Assembly: GCA_963665095.1 (NCBI GenBank)
Contig: OY762069.1
Span: forward strand, 4,864,001 to 4,928,000
DNA: 64,000 nucleotides
Direction of reading: 5' to 3'
DNA from: an uncultured Desulfobacter sp.
GTDB taxonomy: Bacteria > Desulfobacterota > Desulfobacteria > Desulfobacterales > Desulfobacteraceae
Made by a program: the position numbers and the translations under genes. The notes under the pieces were generated by a model. It was not told where the DNA came from, ran no database searches, and was given only the letters and a program-made list of their open reading frames with translations. Shown here in pieces: positions 48,475 through 58,747 of this stretch. Position 1 is the stretch's first letter; each line of letters begins with the position of its first letter.

Positions 48475-48910
48475 TTTTTCTCCTTCTGGCGCTGGCGATC
48501 ATCTGATCCATGATATTTAAAGTGTCCTGGTGTTCCTGGTCTGTTATTCCTGTTTTGAAATTATCTTCCACAAGTCTGAGGATGTCAAAGAATCCTTTTT
48601 CCAGTTCCCTTGCCTTGGTAGTGGCTGACACCAGTTTCTGTCTCCGGTTTTCGGGATTTATCTGGCGGCTGGCCAGTCCCTTTTTTATCAGAATATCCAC
48701 GGTCCGGGCCGTGGCCGCCGGATCGACCGCCAGGCTGGACGAGATCTCTTCCTGAGTCATAGGGGCATTGCTGTGAAGCAGTTCCGCCAGGCACGGCACC
48801 TGACCGGCACTGAGTCCTAAAGGCTTAAGCTGTTCGTTTAAGAAAAACAGGTTCAGGCGGGCAAGCATGCCGAACCGGTATCCAAGGGATGTATCTTTAT
48901 TTGGTGCCAT
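48461..48910 (-). CDS. MarR family transcriptional regulator
   Basis: TQEEIS...VDPAATARTVDILIKKGL...ENRRQKLV winged helix; overlaps the MFS start. Confidence 0.9.
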   Translation of the reverse strand: MAPNKDTSLGYRFGMLARLNLFFLNEQLKPLGLSAGQVPCLAELLHSNAPMTQEEISSSLAVDPAATARTVDILIKKGLASRQINPENRRQKLVSATTKARELEKGFFDILRLVEDNFKTGITDQEHQDTLNIMDQMIASARRRKNERQ

Positions 48911-49065
48911 TTTATTTTTGTTTTTATTTGATTCTTTCCAGGATAAAGCGCGCTTGGGCTTTGGTGTATGCCGGTTAATTCAATATTCAACAGGTGTGTA
49001 TTAAGGCTTTAGGTCTGTACGGACGCGCCCGGGTTATTATCCGGTATTCCTTGGAAGCAACATTG

Positions 49066-49092
49066 TTGATATGTCAATTATTGACGTATCAA
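49066..49092. promoter_or_regulatory. Tandem palindromic operator upstream of marR-MFS
   Basis: TTGATATGTCAA-TTA-TTGACGTATCAA: two TTGA-N4-TCAA sites that together form a larger inverted repeat. Confidence 0.6.
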
Positions 49093-49250
49093 TATATTCC
49101 CCGCCTTTGAAAAGTCAAGGGCAGGTATGGAAAACATGAAAGGAAAATGGCTGGAGTGACTTCAGATATCGAAAAGCGGCAGGGGTATGAATCAGATGGT
49201 GCTGCCTAAGGGCAGGCAATGTCAGAGATCTCAGATTCTGTCATTGCAAT

Positions 49251-50000
49251 CTATGGATGCATTTCTTTTTTGACCAGGGAAATTTCCACGCGTCGGTTTG
49301 CTTCCCTGCCCAGAAAATAATTGTTGTCTCCAATGGGCCGGTATTCACCGTATCCCTCGATATTGATCCGTTCCGGTGATACCTGACATTCGATAAAAAA
49401 TGTTGCCACACTAAGCGCCCTTGCTGCTGATAGTTCCCAGTTGGATGGGAACTTGTCCGTGTGGATGGGCGTATTGTCAGTATGACCGGCCACAATGATC
49501 CTGTAGTCCGGCGCTGTGTTGAAAAAGACCGCCATATCCTTCAGGGCCGGTTTGATATAATTCAGAAGGGTGGCCCGGCCGGATGGAAAACTGATGTCCT
49601 CTCCCAGGGTCAGGACGAGTCTGTTTTTTTCAATTTTAACTGAATAGTCTGAGAGATGGGATTTATCCATGACCTGGTGCAGCTGGTCTTCCATTAAAAG
49701 GAGATCCATGACCGGGTCATGGGTCTTTTTTGCCGGTTCTACAGGCGTCAGAACCTTGTTATCAGCGGTTTCCTGATGTACCTCAACCGTATTGGATCTA
49801 ATGTGAATTTTTTTAGCGATTTGAACCTGGTTGCTGTACAGCATAATAAAGAAAGCCAGGATCAGTGTCATAACGTCCAGCATGATCCAAAGTCCGGGAT
49901 CATCCGGTTCGCAGCCTTCTAAAAGGCTCTGGCGCTTCATGCGCAGCCTTTTTAGTTCAGAGACCTCAAGCTCATTTATCAGATTTTTGACATCTGCCAT
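49251..50000 (-). CDS. motB: MotB/PomB-like stator subunit
   Basis: TM WIMLDVMTLILAFFIMLYS with the conserved Asp; OmpA-like domain GHTDN, NWELSAARA and NRRVEI. Confidence 0.82.
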   Translation of the reverse strand: MADVKNLINELEVSELKRLRMKRQSLLEGCEPDDPGLWIMLDVMTLILAFFIMLYSNQVQIAKKIHIRSNTVEVHQETADNKVLTPVEPAKKTHDPVMDLLLMEDQLHQVMDKSHLSDYSVKIEKNRLVLTLGEDISFPSGRATLLNYIKPALKDMAVFFNTAPDYRIIVAGHTDNTPIHTDKFPSNWELSAARALSVATFFIECQVSPERINIEGYGEYRPIGDNNYFLGREANRRVEISLVKKEMHP

Positions 50001-50005
50001 GGGTA

Positions 50006-50863
50006 TTAACTTGCCATACGGGTTTTCTCAGGTTGGGGCTGCAGCCTTGCCACTCTTAGGGGCTGGGGCTTGCTGCCGGAGTCGCCTTTGCTCACTGTCC
50101 AGTCATCCTGGAAATAGTCACCAACGCAATATCTGAGACGGTAACCAATGGCTTTTGCATTTTTTTGATCTGCAATGTCCAGGACCCCTTCAATGATCAG
50201 GGCCAGTTCCATGGAGTCATGCCTCGTTTTTTCCGCCAGTTTTTTGGCAATGGGCAGAAAAATAATGTTGGCATAGAGAAGACCGTAAAAAGTTGTTAAA
50301 AGGGCGGTTGCCACACCTTTCCCGATCATTTCCGGGGAGCCCATATTGCTGAGTACATTGATCAGGCCGATGATGGTGCCAACAAAACCAAATACCGGCA
50401 TCAGTCTGATAAAGGTGTTGATCAGGTCAGCCTGGGAGCGTCGGGCCTGTAGAAAATTGTCATAGCGGCGTTCAAGGGTTTTGAAAATGGCATACCTGCT
50501 GAATCCGTCAGCAACCATTTCAATTCCCATTTTTAAAAATTTATTGTCAATGGCCCGGGACTTCTCATCCAGCACCAGCTTTCCTTCCCGTCGCCGGATT
50601 ACTGCCAGGGCTTCAATCTGTTTTATCAGCTGGTCCAGATTCGTTTTTTGATTGGAAAAGGCCTTTCGGATATTGACAAAAAGGTCTGAAAAGAGGCGGA
50701 AGGGATAGGAAACCAGGCAGCAGATGCCCGCACCGGTAAGAATGATCAGGTTGCTTTTAATATTCAGAACAATGGATGAAAGTTCAGATACGATACCCGA
50801 CAGTAATATAAAGACAATGATTCCAGCAGCCGGGAGTAGTTTTTTTAGCATGTTTCTCTCCAA
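50006..50863 (-). CDS. motA: MotA/PomA-like stator subunit
   Basis: FLKMGIEMVADG, PVFGFVGTIIGLI and ALLTTFYGLLYAN. Confidence 0.82.
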   Translation of the reverse strand: MERNMLKKLLPAAGIIVFILLSGIVSELSSIVLNIKSNLIILTGAGICCLVSYPFRLFSDLFVNIRKAFSNQKTNLDQLIKQIEALAVIRRREGKLVLDEKSRAIDNKFLKMGIEMVADGFSRYAIFKTLERRYDNFLQARRSQADLINTFIRLMPVFGFVGTIIGLINVLSNMGSPEMIGKGVATALLTTFYGLLYANIIFLPIAKKLAEKTRHDSMELALIIEGVLDIADQKNAKAIGYRLRYCVGDYFQDDWTVSKGDSGSKPQPLRVARLQPQPEKTRMAS

Positions 50864-51178
50864 TGTTTAATTTTATCAATATGACCAGTACGCCGTTATC
50901 TTTCTTGTATCAGGCGGGCATACCTGGATAATGTCCAGGAAGAGCCCTTGGCCGTTCACATAAGAACCAACCAGTATTTGTTTTTTATAAAATTATGCAT
51001 AAATCATGCTAAAAAAATTTTTGTTTATTTTCAAGTGGTTGCTTGGGTGTGGGGGCTGGGGCGGGAAAATATTGCCTAACGAATGGGAATGGTAAAAGCC
51101 GGAATCTTCCAATGACGGAATGAATAACGGCATTTGGGGATGATTTTTAAATATTGAGGTGCGTATTTCTATAATTTT

Positions 51179-52276
51179 TTAATTTGTCTGTCTGGGCGGC
51201 CTTTTTGTCTCTTTGCCTTTTTTTATCAGATGAACAGTTTCGGGGCTGAAAGAAAAAATCACTTCACTGCCATGGACAAGACAAAAATCACGTAAATACC
51301 GCCGGGGCCAGGCTGCTTCAAAGGTCAGTCCGCTGGATTGGATATGGACTTCGATAAATATTCCGTGGCAGGCAATATGGGTAATGATACCGTGGAATCT
51401 GTTTTTAATATCCCGGTTCTTGTTGCCAGGGTAACTTTCCCGGTCAAAAACAATATCTTCAGGCCGGATACCCATGTATCCCTCCTGAAGGGTATGCCCC
51501 CCTGAGGACTCAATGGGAGTTTCCAATCCCTGGACCTGCACGCGTCCACTATTTATTGTCGCCGGCATAATATTTTTCATGCCCACAAACCGGGCCGTGA
51601 ACAAAGAATCCGGCTTTTCGAACAGGGTGGTAATATCTCCTGTCTGGCGAATCTGGCCCTGGTGGATAACAGCTCCCCGGTTGGCCAGATACATTACATC
51701 GCCAAAATTGTGGGAAACCATGACAATGGTCATGTCCATATCCTGGTGGATTTTTTTGAGAAGATTTTTTGCTTCTGCATGGAATTCCGGGTCCAGGGCA
51801 GACAGGGGTTCGTCCAGGAGCAGAACCGCCGGATTGAGAATCAAAGCCCGGGCCAGGGCTACGCGTTGTTTCTCTCCGCCGCTTAAGTTATGGGGTTTGC
51901 GATCAAGAATTCGTTGCAACCCCAAAGTGTCTGCCAGATGGTTGAGGCGCCGGAGTCCCTCATCCTTATCGATCTGGTGATATTTTATCCCGTAAGTAAT
52001 GTTTTGAGCCACGTTGAGGTGAGGAAACAGGGAAAAATCCTGGTAGACAAGGGCCAGGTGTCTTTTTTCAACAGGCATCCGGCTGATATCCCTTTCCTTG
52101 AACAGCAACCTCCCTGAAGAGAAGGGGATAAGTCCCATGATGATTTCCAGCAGCAAAGATTTTCCTGAACCTGTGGGGCCGATCAGAGCAAAGAAATCTT
52201 TATTATGGATGGTCAGATTAATGTTTTCAAGGGCAAAACCGGGAAAGGTCAGATTAATATTATCAAGGCAAATCAT
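51179..52276 (-). CDS. wtpC: Tungstate/molybdate ABC transporter ATP-binding subunit
   Basis: GPTGSGKS, LSGGEKQRVALAR and LLLDEP; C-terminal TOBE-like region; operon context. Confidence 0.85.
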   Translation of the reverse strand: MICLDNINLTFPGFALENINLTIHNKDFFALIGPTGSGKSLLLEIIMGLIPFSSGRLLFKERDISRMPVEKRHLALVYQDFSLFPHLNVAQNITYGIKYHQIDKDEGLRRLNHLADTLGLQRILDRKPHNLSGGEKQRVALARALILNPAVLLLDEPLSALDPEFHAEAKNLLKKIHQDMDMTIVMVSHNFGDVMYLANRGAVIHQGQIRQTGDITTLFEKPDSLFTARFVGMKNIMPATINSGRVQVQGLETPIESSGGHTLQEGYMGIRPEDIVFDRESYPGNKNRDIKNRFHGIITHIACHGIFIEVHIQSSGLTFEAAWPRRYLRDFCLVHGSEVIFSFSPETVHLIKKGKETKRPPRQTN

Positions 52277-52279
52277 GGG

Positions 52280-53068
52280 CTACCTGTGATATTGGATTGC
52301 AGATCTGGACATCATGCGCAATGCTATGAAAAGGGCGAGAGATAACAGGATCAGCCAGACTGCCACGGGCTGGGAATATTTCAGACCATAGGCGGTAAAC
52401 CGTTCGTAAATCATGACAGGCGCGGTCATGGGGTGGTAGGCCACAATCACAACGGCTCCGAATTCGGAAATGGCCCGGGCCGTACACATGATAATGCCTA
52501 GGACCATGTGTCGCCATGTCAGGGGCAGGGTAAGCCGTCGGAAGGTTTCAAACATCCCTGCTCCAAGGGTTCTGGAGGCGTATTCAAGACGCACTGGCAC
52601 ACTTTCAAATCCGGCTTTCACCGTATTGACATAAAAAGGGATTCCCACAAACACCAGCACCGTAACAATCCCTGTCTGAGTGCCCATAATCTCAATGCCT
52701 ATGTTGGAAAGAAACCGGCCAAAAGGGTTGGTCCGCCCGGCAAGACTTAGAATGGCAATGCCCACCACCGGATGGGGGATCATCACAGGAAGATCAATAA
52801 TGCCTTCAATGATCTTTTTGCCCCGGAACTCTTTTCTGGCAAGCAGATAGCTCAAAGGGGTACCAAGGGCAAATGCAATAACACCTGCCGTAAGTGAAAG
52901 ACTAAGGGAGCGGACAATGGCCAGAAGCACGTCTTTGTCCATGATGGTTTCCCAAAGCATGGCAGGGGAAGCCCCTGTGGTCATTTTAAGCAGGGGGGCC
53001 GTTAACAGCAAAATCACGGGCAGGCTGAACACAATGAGCAGCCTGCCCATGCCATTGGCTTTAACCAT
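52280..53068 (-). CDS. wtpB: Tungstate/molybdate ABC transporter permease
   Basis: IDLPVMIPHPVVG, EAA-like loop EYASRTLGA and ARAISEFGA. Confidence 0.85.
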   Translation of the reverse strand: MVKANGMGRLLIVFSLPVILLLTAPLLKMTTGASPAMLWETIMDKDVLLAIVRSLSLSLTAGVIAFALGTPLSYLLARKEFRGKKIIEGIIDLPVMIPHPVVGIAILSLAGRTNPFGRFLSNIGIEIMGTQTGIVTVLVFVGIPFYVNTVKAGFESVPVRLEYASRTLGAGMFETFRRLTLPLTWRHMVLGIIMCTARAISEFGAVVIVAYHPMTAPVMIYERFTAYGLKYSQPVAVWLILLSLALFIALRMMSRSAIQYHR

Positions 53069-53072
53069 TAAA

Positions 53073-54047
53073 TCAATCTTTTACTTCCACCAGTCCGGAA
53101 ATGGCAGACGGTAGTTTTTTTGCCATCTCTTCTGCGGGTACCCGGGCCGGAATAAAGGGCGGTTGACCCATGTCCTTCAGGGTCTTTAACCCGCTGTCGG
53201 GTGAGAGCAGAAACGCCAGAAATGCTTCTGCTGCTTCGGGGTTAGGGGCATTTTTTATCATGGTGATGCCGTAAGTGCAGGACTTGCCGGTTTTGGTGGT
53301 AAATGTTCCTGGTTTTTTTCCGGTTACTTCCACCTTTGCCTGTTTGTAGAACGCGTCGTATTTGTAGTTGCCCAGGTTGATGTGGTCATTCAACGTGATG
53401 TACTTGAGGTCATGCTGGATAGCCACGGAGAGATATTCCCAGGCATAATCCATGTGTCCGGTTTTTAAGAGATTTACAAGTTCCACGGATTTTGGCCGGA
53501 CATTCTTATCCGGTCGGTTGGCAATCATTTTGTCACTGAGGCCGGGTTTGTTATAAAATTTTTCTGCCAGCTGCAGAACCATGAGGCTGCGATAGCCGCA
53601 TGGGTCCAGGTTTGGATCGGAATGTCCCCATTCAACGCCTTTTTTTAAAAGAATTTCGTACCAGTTGTCGCTGGTGATTTCACTGGCAAACCGGCTGTTG
53701 TCTGTATAGCACAGGACCAGCTGGTTGCTGGCAAACCGGACATTCCATGTGGCGAAATTGGGGATAAGGTTGTTGTCAATGACCTTGTAATCGGCAGATG
53801 CCATGATGTCGGCCTGTTTGCCTACCTCTGAGATCAGTCTGGCCATTTTTGTGGAGCCCCCTGCTTCCCGCAGCACGTCCACTTCCGGGTATTTTGCTTC
53901 AAACGCCTTTTCAATGGCAGCAAAGGGTACTGTGAGGCTGCCGGCATGAAAAATAGTCAGTTTTCCTGATGGCCCGGCCATGCAGAGCCCGGGCAGAATC
54001 AGTGCAGATATAAGGATGGGAATAAGATACCACAAAAGACCTTTCAT
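53073..54047 (-). CDS. wtpA: WtpA-type tungstate/molybdate-binding periplasmic protein
   Basis: [22 protein letters not shown] and [12 protein letters not shown], characteristic of WtpA-type proteins. Confidence 0.85.
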   Translation of the reverse strand: MKGLLWYLIPILISALILPGLCMAGPSGKLTIFHAGSLTVPFAAIEKAFEAKYPEVDVLREAGGSTKMARLISEVGKQADIMASADYKVIDNNLIPNFATWNVRFASNQLVLCYTDNSRFASEITSDNWYEILLKKGVEWGHSDPNLDPCGYRSLMVLQLAEKFYNKPGLSDKMIANRPDKNVRPKSVELVNLLKTGHMDYAWEYLSVAIQHDLKYITLNDHINLGNYKYDAFYKQAKVEVTGKKPGTFTTKTGKSCTYGITMIKNAPNPEAAEAFLAFLLSPDSGLKTLKDMGQPPFIPARVPAEEMAKKLPSAISGLVEVKD

Positions 54048-54101
54048 TGTCGTCCTCCTTAGGGTGGGTTGAATTGAGTTTTCAATTATAAAATATGGGT
54101 C

Positions 54102-54130
54102 ATTCTATCGGCCGGAAGGTAAAATTGCAA
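54102..54130 (-). promoter_or_regulatory. Sigma-70 promoter for wtpABC
   Basis: On the - strand, TTGCAA-17 nt-TAGAAT. Confidence 0.55.
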
Positions 54131-54365
54131 CCGTTATGACAGCTATGACAAAAGGCGGGCCTGAAGCTAAAACAATGGCGTTACCCGGTTGAATCAATTA
54201 TCTTATTCATAATCGCGTTGTGCTTGAACTGCAAAAAAGGTTGTGGTGTTAGACCGGTTAATTTTTTTTGCGCCAGGAGCATGACAATCGAGTCAGTTTG
54301 TGCCACACTGCTTATTTGTATAACAATCCGGATGCCGGCCAGGCCGGAACAAAATCTGAAAGGAT

Positions 54366-54809
54366 ATGACAGTGGATAATCTGGACGCATTTCTGGACAA
54401 GCTCCAGGAGGATATATTTGATGAGGCAAAACAGGCTTTGGGGGAAAGAGGTTTTGATCGGTGGAGAAATCCGAAATTTAACGGCAGGATGGAAAACCCG
54501 GACGGAATGGGGCGAGTGACCGGGGAGTGTGGGGATACCATGGAAATATACCTGAAATTCAAGGACAACCGGGTGTCTGATGCCTCTTATTTTACAGACG
54601 GGTGCGCCTCTTCCATGGTCAGTGGTTCCTTTGCTTCAGAACTGACCCTTGGGAAAACCCCTGAGGAGTTGACGGATATTACTGCAGACCATGTGCTTAA
54701 TGCCATCGGAAAGCTGCCCGAGGAGGATATGCACTGCACCACGCTGGCAGCCCGTACCATTCAGGCGGCCCTTGATAGCTATATGAGTTCTGTGGTCCGA
54801 AAAGACTGA
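54366..54809 (+). CDS. NifU/IscU-like Fe-S cluster scaffold domain protein
   Basis: GECGDTM, DGCASS and DMHC, giving three conserved Cys. Confidence 0.85.
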   Translation: MTVDNLDAFLDKLQEDIFDEAKQALGERGFDRWRNPKFNGRMENPDGMGRVTGECGDTMEIYLKFKDNRVSDASYFTDGCASSMVSGSFASELTLGKTPEELTDITADHVLNAIGKLPEEDMHCTTLAARTIQAALDSYMSSVVRKD

Positions 54810-54815
54810 ACGGCT

Positions 54816-55157
54816 ATGGAAATACGCCTTGATCTAAGCCGCCACTGCATTGAAACAGCGGCACGTCTGAAGCTTGAGCGCCTGATCCGGCAGTGTCTGA
54901 AAACTCCGGATCAGGACACTGAAACAATGATTGAGGCCTTGACCTGTTTTCTGTCCCACAATGATTTTGGCTATCTTAGACGTCGCATTGACGCAGAACA
55001 TAAAAATTGGGACAGCGAATCTCTTCAACAGGCGGGGGGGGCTGATTTCCATGTCTCTATTCTACTACCCCAAGGTGCACCAGTACCATTTTTAAAATTC
55101 AATCTCGGTCGTTGTTTCTGTATTTTAAGTCTGCCGCCGGATGTCTCTTTTCCCTGA
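54816..55157 (+). CDS. Hypothetical protein
   Basis: ATG 6 nt after the scaffold gene stop, suggesting an operon; no recognisable motif. Confidence 0.5.
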   Translation: MEIRLDLSRHCIETAARLKLERLIRQCLKTPDQDTETMIEALTCFLSHNDFGYLRRRIDAEHKNWDSESLQQAGGADFHVSILLPQGAPVPFLKFNLGRCFCILSLPPDVSFP

Positions 55158-55259
55158 TTCTTTCTGAATACCGGCGGTAAAAGAATTCTTCGCAGGAAAA
55201 ATATCGGGACCCATGGCTTGGGCGGTTTTTTGGCTGAGAATTCCATGTGTTGGAATATC

Positions 55260-55288
55260 TTGACACCTTTATGAAGACAGGGTATCTT
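55260..55288 (+). promoter_or_regulatory. Sigma-70 promoter for tig-clpP-clpX-lon
   Basis: TTGACA-17 nt-TATCTT. Confidence 0.55.
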
Positions 55289-55407
55289 AATAAACTTTGT
55301 GTAAAATGTTTGTGCCATATAATGAAATAGTTATGGCATATTTTTTTTTATTTTTTGAAGATGCGTATAAATGAACGCTAATTAACAGGATATAACAGGA
55401 CAAAATC

Positions 55408-56760
55408 ATGCAGGTAAAAATCGAAGATCAGAGCAGTGTCAAAAAAGTGCTTTCTTTTGAAATTCCCAAGGAGACAATTGCCAAGGAACTGAACAAGGCC
55501 TATGCTGACTTGAAAAAGAAGGCGGACATTAAGGGGTTCAGAAAAGGAAAGATTCCGAGAAAAGTACTTGAAAACCGGTTTGCCGCAGATGTTCATGCTG
55601 AAGTTGCCCCGCGCCTGATCCAGGACGCTTTTATTGAAGCTGTTGAAAATCATAAGCTCAATGTCGTTGGTGGCCCCAAACTGGACCCTCCTGAACTGAA
55701 TCCGGAAAATGACTATATTTTTGACATTACGGTTGAGGTGGCTCCTGAACTGGATGATATCGATTTTAAAGGCCTTGAGATAAAAAAGACCATGTATGAA
55801 GTCTCTGATGCTGAAATTGACAGCCAGATATATATGCTTCAGAAAACTATGGCAACCAAAGAAAAGGTGGAAGAAGAGCGTCCGGTAACAGATACCGATT
55901 TTGTTCTGATTGATTATGAAGGGTTTTTAAACGGCGAAACCTTTGAACATACCCCCAAGGTCGAAAATTATGTAATGGGTATTAATCAGGGCGCCCTGCC
56001 CAATGAATTCAGCGAAAAACTTATCGGTGCAATCCCGGTTCAGGATATGGACATTGAAGTCACATATGCAGATGATTTCCATGATGAAAACCTGAAAGGA
56101 AAAACCATCACATACAAGGTGACGCTCAAGGAAATTCAGGAAGAGATTCTGCCGGAGGCCAATGATGAGCTTGTCAAGGGGCTTGGCAAGTTTGAAACCC
56201 TTGATGAGGTTAAGGCCACCATACGTGACAACCTTGAAAAAGGGATTGCTCAGCGTGTAAAACATGAGATGAGCGAGCAGGTTTTTCAGGCCCTGCTTGA
56301 GAAAATGGATTTTCAGGTCCCCGAGGCACTTATTGAAGGCGAACTTAATGGCATTATTTCTGAAACAGAGCAGGCCTATGCCCAGAACAACACTACGCTT
56401 GAAGACGCCGGTTTGAGCAAAGAAATCATGGCAGAAAAGTACAGGGACGTGGCTGAAAAACAGGCTCGCCGCCATCTGATTCTGGACAAAATGATTACAC
56501 AGGAGAATATTGAACTCACTGAGGAGGAACTGGAGGCCAGTTTTGAAGAGATGGCCCAGTCAATCAGCGCAACAAAGGACGCCATTAAAAATTATTTCAA
56601 TATGGATCCGCGTCAGCTTGAATATTATAAGCACACCCAGCTTGAAAAAAAGGCCATTGATCTTATAATAGAGAACAGTACTGTGGAAGAAGTTGCGCCT
56701 GAAACGATTGAGGACACTGACGGTGAAACTGAAGAAGCAGCAGCTGGAGACCAGCAGTAA
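55408..56760 (+). CDS. tig: Trigger factor
   Basis: Ribosome-binding motif GFRKGK, FKBP-like middle domain and tig-clpP-clpX-lon synteny. Confidence 0.95.
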   Translation: MQVKIEDQSSVKKVLSFEIPKETIAKELNKAYADLKKKADIKGFRKGKIPRKVLENRFAADVHAEVAPRLIQDAFIEAVENHKLNVVGGPKLDPPELNPENDYIFDITVEVAPELDDIDFKGLEIKKTMYEVSDAEIDSQIYMLQKTMATKEKVEEERPVTDTDFVLIDYEGFLNGETFEHTPKVENYVMGINQGALPNEFSEKLIGAIPVQDMDIEVTYADDFHDENLKGKTITYKVTLKEIQEEILPEANDELVKGLGKFETLDEVKATIRDNLEKGIAQRVKHEMSEQVFQALLEKMDFQVPEALIEGELNGIISETEQAYAQNNTTLEDAGLSKEIMAEKYRDVAEKQARRHLILDKMITQENIELTEEELEASFEEMAQSISATKDAIKNYFNMDPRQLEYYKHTQLEKKAIDLIIENSTVEEVAPETIEDTDGETEEAAAGDQQ

Positions 56761-56840
56761 ATAGTGTTTTTTAGCACCGGGCAGCCGGGTAAAAAACAAA
56801 AAGTGATAGAACATGATAAATTATGACAAGGAGTTGAATC

Positions 56841-57467
56841 GTGCCTCTTATTCCAATGGTTGTTGAGCAAAGCAACAGGGGAGAACGTGCCTATGATATC
56901 TATTCACGGCTTTTAAAGGACAGGATTATATTCCTGGGGTCAGCCATTGACAATGAGATTGCCAATCTCATTGTTGCCCAGTTGCTGTTCCTGGAATCAG
57001 AAGATCCTGAAAAAGATATCAATTTTTATATTAATTCCCCCGGCGGTGTTGTGACAGCAGGAATGGCCATTTATGATACCATTCAGTACATCAGGCCGGA
57101 CGTGGCAACTGTATGTATTGGCCAGGCTGCCAGCATGGGGGCGTTGCTTCTTGCCAGCGGAACCGCCGGAAAACGGTTTGCCCTGCCCAATGCCAGGATA
57201 ATGATTCATCAGCCGTTAGGAGGCGCCCAGGGGCAGGCCACTGATATTAAGATTCAGGCCAATGAAATTCTGAGAATGAAGGATTCTTTGAACGAGATTC
57301 TGTCAAAGCATACGGGACAGCCCATAGAAAAGGTAGCCGAGGATACGGACCGTGATTATTTTATGTCCGGAGCACAGGCTCAGGAGTATGGTATTGTGGA
57401 CCGGGTGGTAAGCGATAGAAGCCAACTGGAAGAAACCTCTGAGGAGGAGGCGTCAAAGGAGTCGTAA
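56841..57467 (+). CDS. clpP: ATP-dependent Clp protease proteolytic subunit
   Basis: [28 protein letters not shown] and IMIHQP. Confidence 0.98.
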   Translation: MPLIPMVVEQSNRGERAYDIYSRLLKDRIIFLGSAIDNEIANLIVAQLLFLESEDPEKDINFYINSPGGVVTAGMAIYDTIQYIRPDVATVCIGQAASMGALLLASGTAGKRFALPNARIMIHQPLGGAQGQATDIKIQANEILRMKDSLNEILSKHTGQPIEKVAEDTDRDYFMSGAQAQEYGIVDRVVSDRSQLEETSEEEASKES

Positions 57468-57470
57468 GAT

Positions 57471-58730
57471 ATGGCCAAAAAAGATGATACAAACGATCAG
57501 TTTTTCTGTTCATTCTGTGGTAAGAACCAGAAAGAAGTAAAAAAATTGATAGCCGGCCCCAGTGTCTACATCTGCAATGAATGCATCAAGCTTTGTGGTG
57601 AAATTATTGAAGATGAAGAAAAGGAACATGCTGTTGAGCCCGAAGGCGCCAAAGACTTTATGGTGCCCAAACAGATTAAAGAGCAACTGGATTCCTATGT
57701 TATCGAACAGGATCGGGCGAAAAAGGTTCTATCTGTTGCGGTTTACAACCATTATAAGCGTCTGGCCTCTCATCTGGAAAAGTCCGATGAGAATGTTGAA
57801 ATTCAGAAAAGCAATATTCTTATCATCGGTCCAACCGGATGCGGAAAAACGCTTCTTGCACAGACGCTGGCCAGATTCCTGGATGTCCCTTTTGCCATTG
57901 CCGATGCCACCGCTCTGACCGAGGCAGGGTACGTGGGAGAGGATGTGGAAAATATCATTCTTTCTCTTGTCCAGAATGCTGATTACGACATAGAAAAGGC
58001 CCAGAAGGGCATTATCTATATTGATGAAATCGACAAAATATCCCAGCGTGGGGACAATCCGTCCATTACCCGGGATGTGTCGGGGGAAGGCGTTCAGCAG
58101 GCACTTTTAAAAATAATTGAAGGCACAGTTGCTTCGGTTCCCCCCAAAGGGGGCAGAAAACATCCTCAGCAGGATTATGTGAAGGTGGATACCTCTAATA
58201 TACTGTTTATTTGTGGGGGTACCTTTACTGGCCTTGAAAAAGTGGTACAGCGTCGTTTGACGCATAAAACCATGGGGTTTGGTGCTAAAATTGCTGATAA
58301 GAAAGAGGCAAATGTCGGGGAAATGCTGGAACTGGTCAAACCCGAGGATCTGATCAAGTTCGGGTTGATTCCTGAATTCCTGGGTCGTCTGCCTATTATT
58401 ACTTCGATTGGCGAACTGAATGAGAAGTCTCTGGTTAAAATTTTGACAGAACCCAAAAATGCCCTGGTAAAACAGTATCAGGAGCTTTTCCGCATTGAAG
58501 GGGTCCGGCTGCAGTTTACAGATGAGGCCCTTGAGGCCATGGCCAAGGAAGCCGTGTCAAGAAAATCAGGGGCCAGGGGATTGCGCGCTATCATGGAAGA
58601 GACTATGATGGACATTATGTATGAACTGCCCTCAAAAGAGGGGGTTGTTGAATGCGTGGTCGGCGAAGAGGTCGTCGCGAACAATGAGGAACCCATCCTG
58701 CTGTATGAACAGCCCAAGAAACAGGCCTGA
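57471..58730 (+). CDS. clpX: ATP-dependent Clp protease ATP-binding subunit
   Basis: Zn finger CSFC...[20 protein letters not shown] and [14 protein letters not shown]. Confidence 0.98.
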   Translation: MAKKDDTNDQFFCSFCGKNQKEVKKLIAGPSVYICNECIKLCGEIIEDEEKEHAVEPEGAKDFMVPKQIKEQLDSYVIEQDRAKKVLSVAVYNHYKRLASHLEKSDENVEIQKSNILIIGPTGCGKTLLAQTLARFLDVPFAIADATALTEAGYVGEDVENIILSLVQNADYDIEKAQKGIIYIDEIDKISQRGDNPSITRDVSGEGVQQALLKIIEGTVASVPPKGGRKHPQQDYVKVDTSNILFICGGTFTGLEKVVQRRLTHKTMGFGAKIADKKEANVGEMLELVKPEDLIKFGLIPEFLGRLPIITSIGELNEKSLVKILTEPKNALVKQYQELFRIEGVRLQFTDEALEAMAKEAVSRKSGARGLRAIMEETMMDIMYELPSKEGVVECVVGEEVVANNEEPILLYEQPKKQA

Positions 58731-58747
58731 CAGGAAAATTTGCATCC

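Noticed and set aside
49251..50863. Zorya (ZorAB) anti-phage system
   Set aside because: The MotA-like protein is only 285 aa with no long cytoplasmic tail, and there are no zorC/D/E-like neighbours.
50995..51012. Sigma-54-like sequence upstream of motA on the - strand (TAGCATGATTTATGCA)
   Set aside because: The normally invariant -24 GG is AG, so it is not supportable without TSS data.
54048..54365. Moco/Wco riboswitch upstream of wtpA
   Set aside because: The predicted leader is only about 45-50 nt and I could not see the multi-stem motif; an Rfam scan would settle it.
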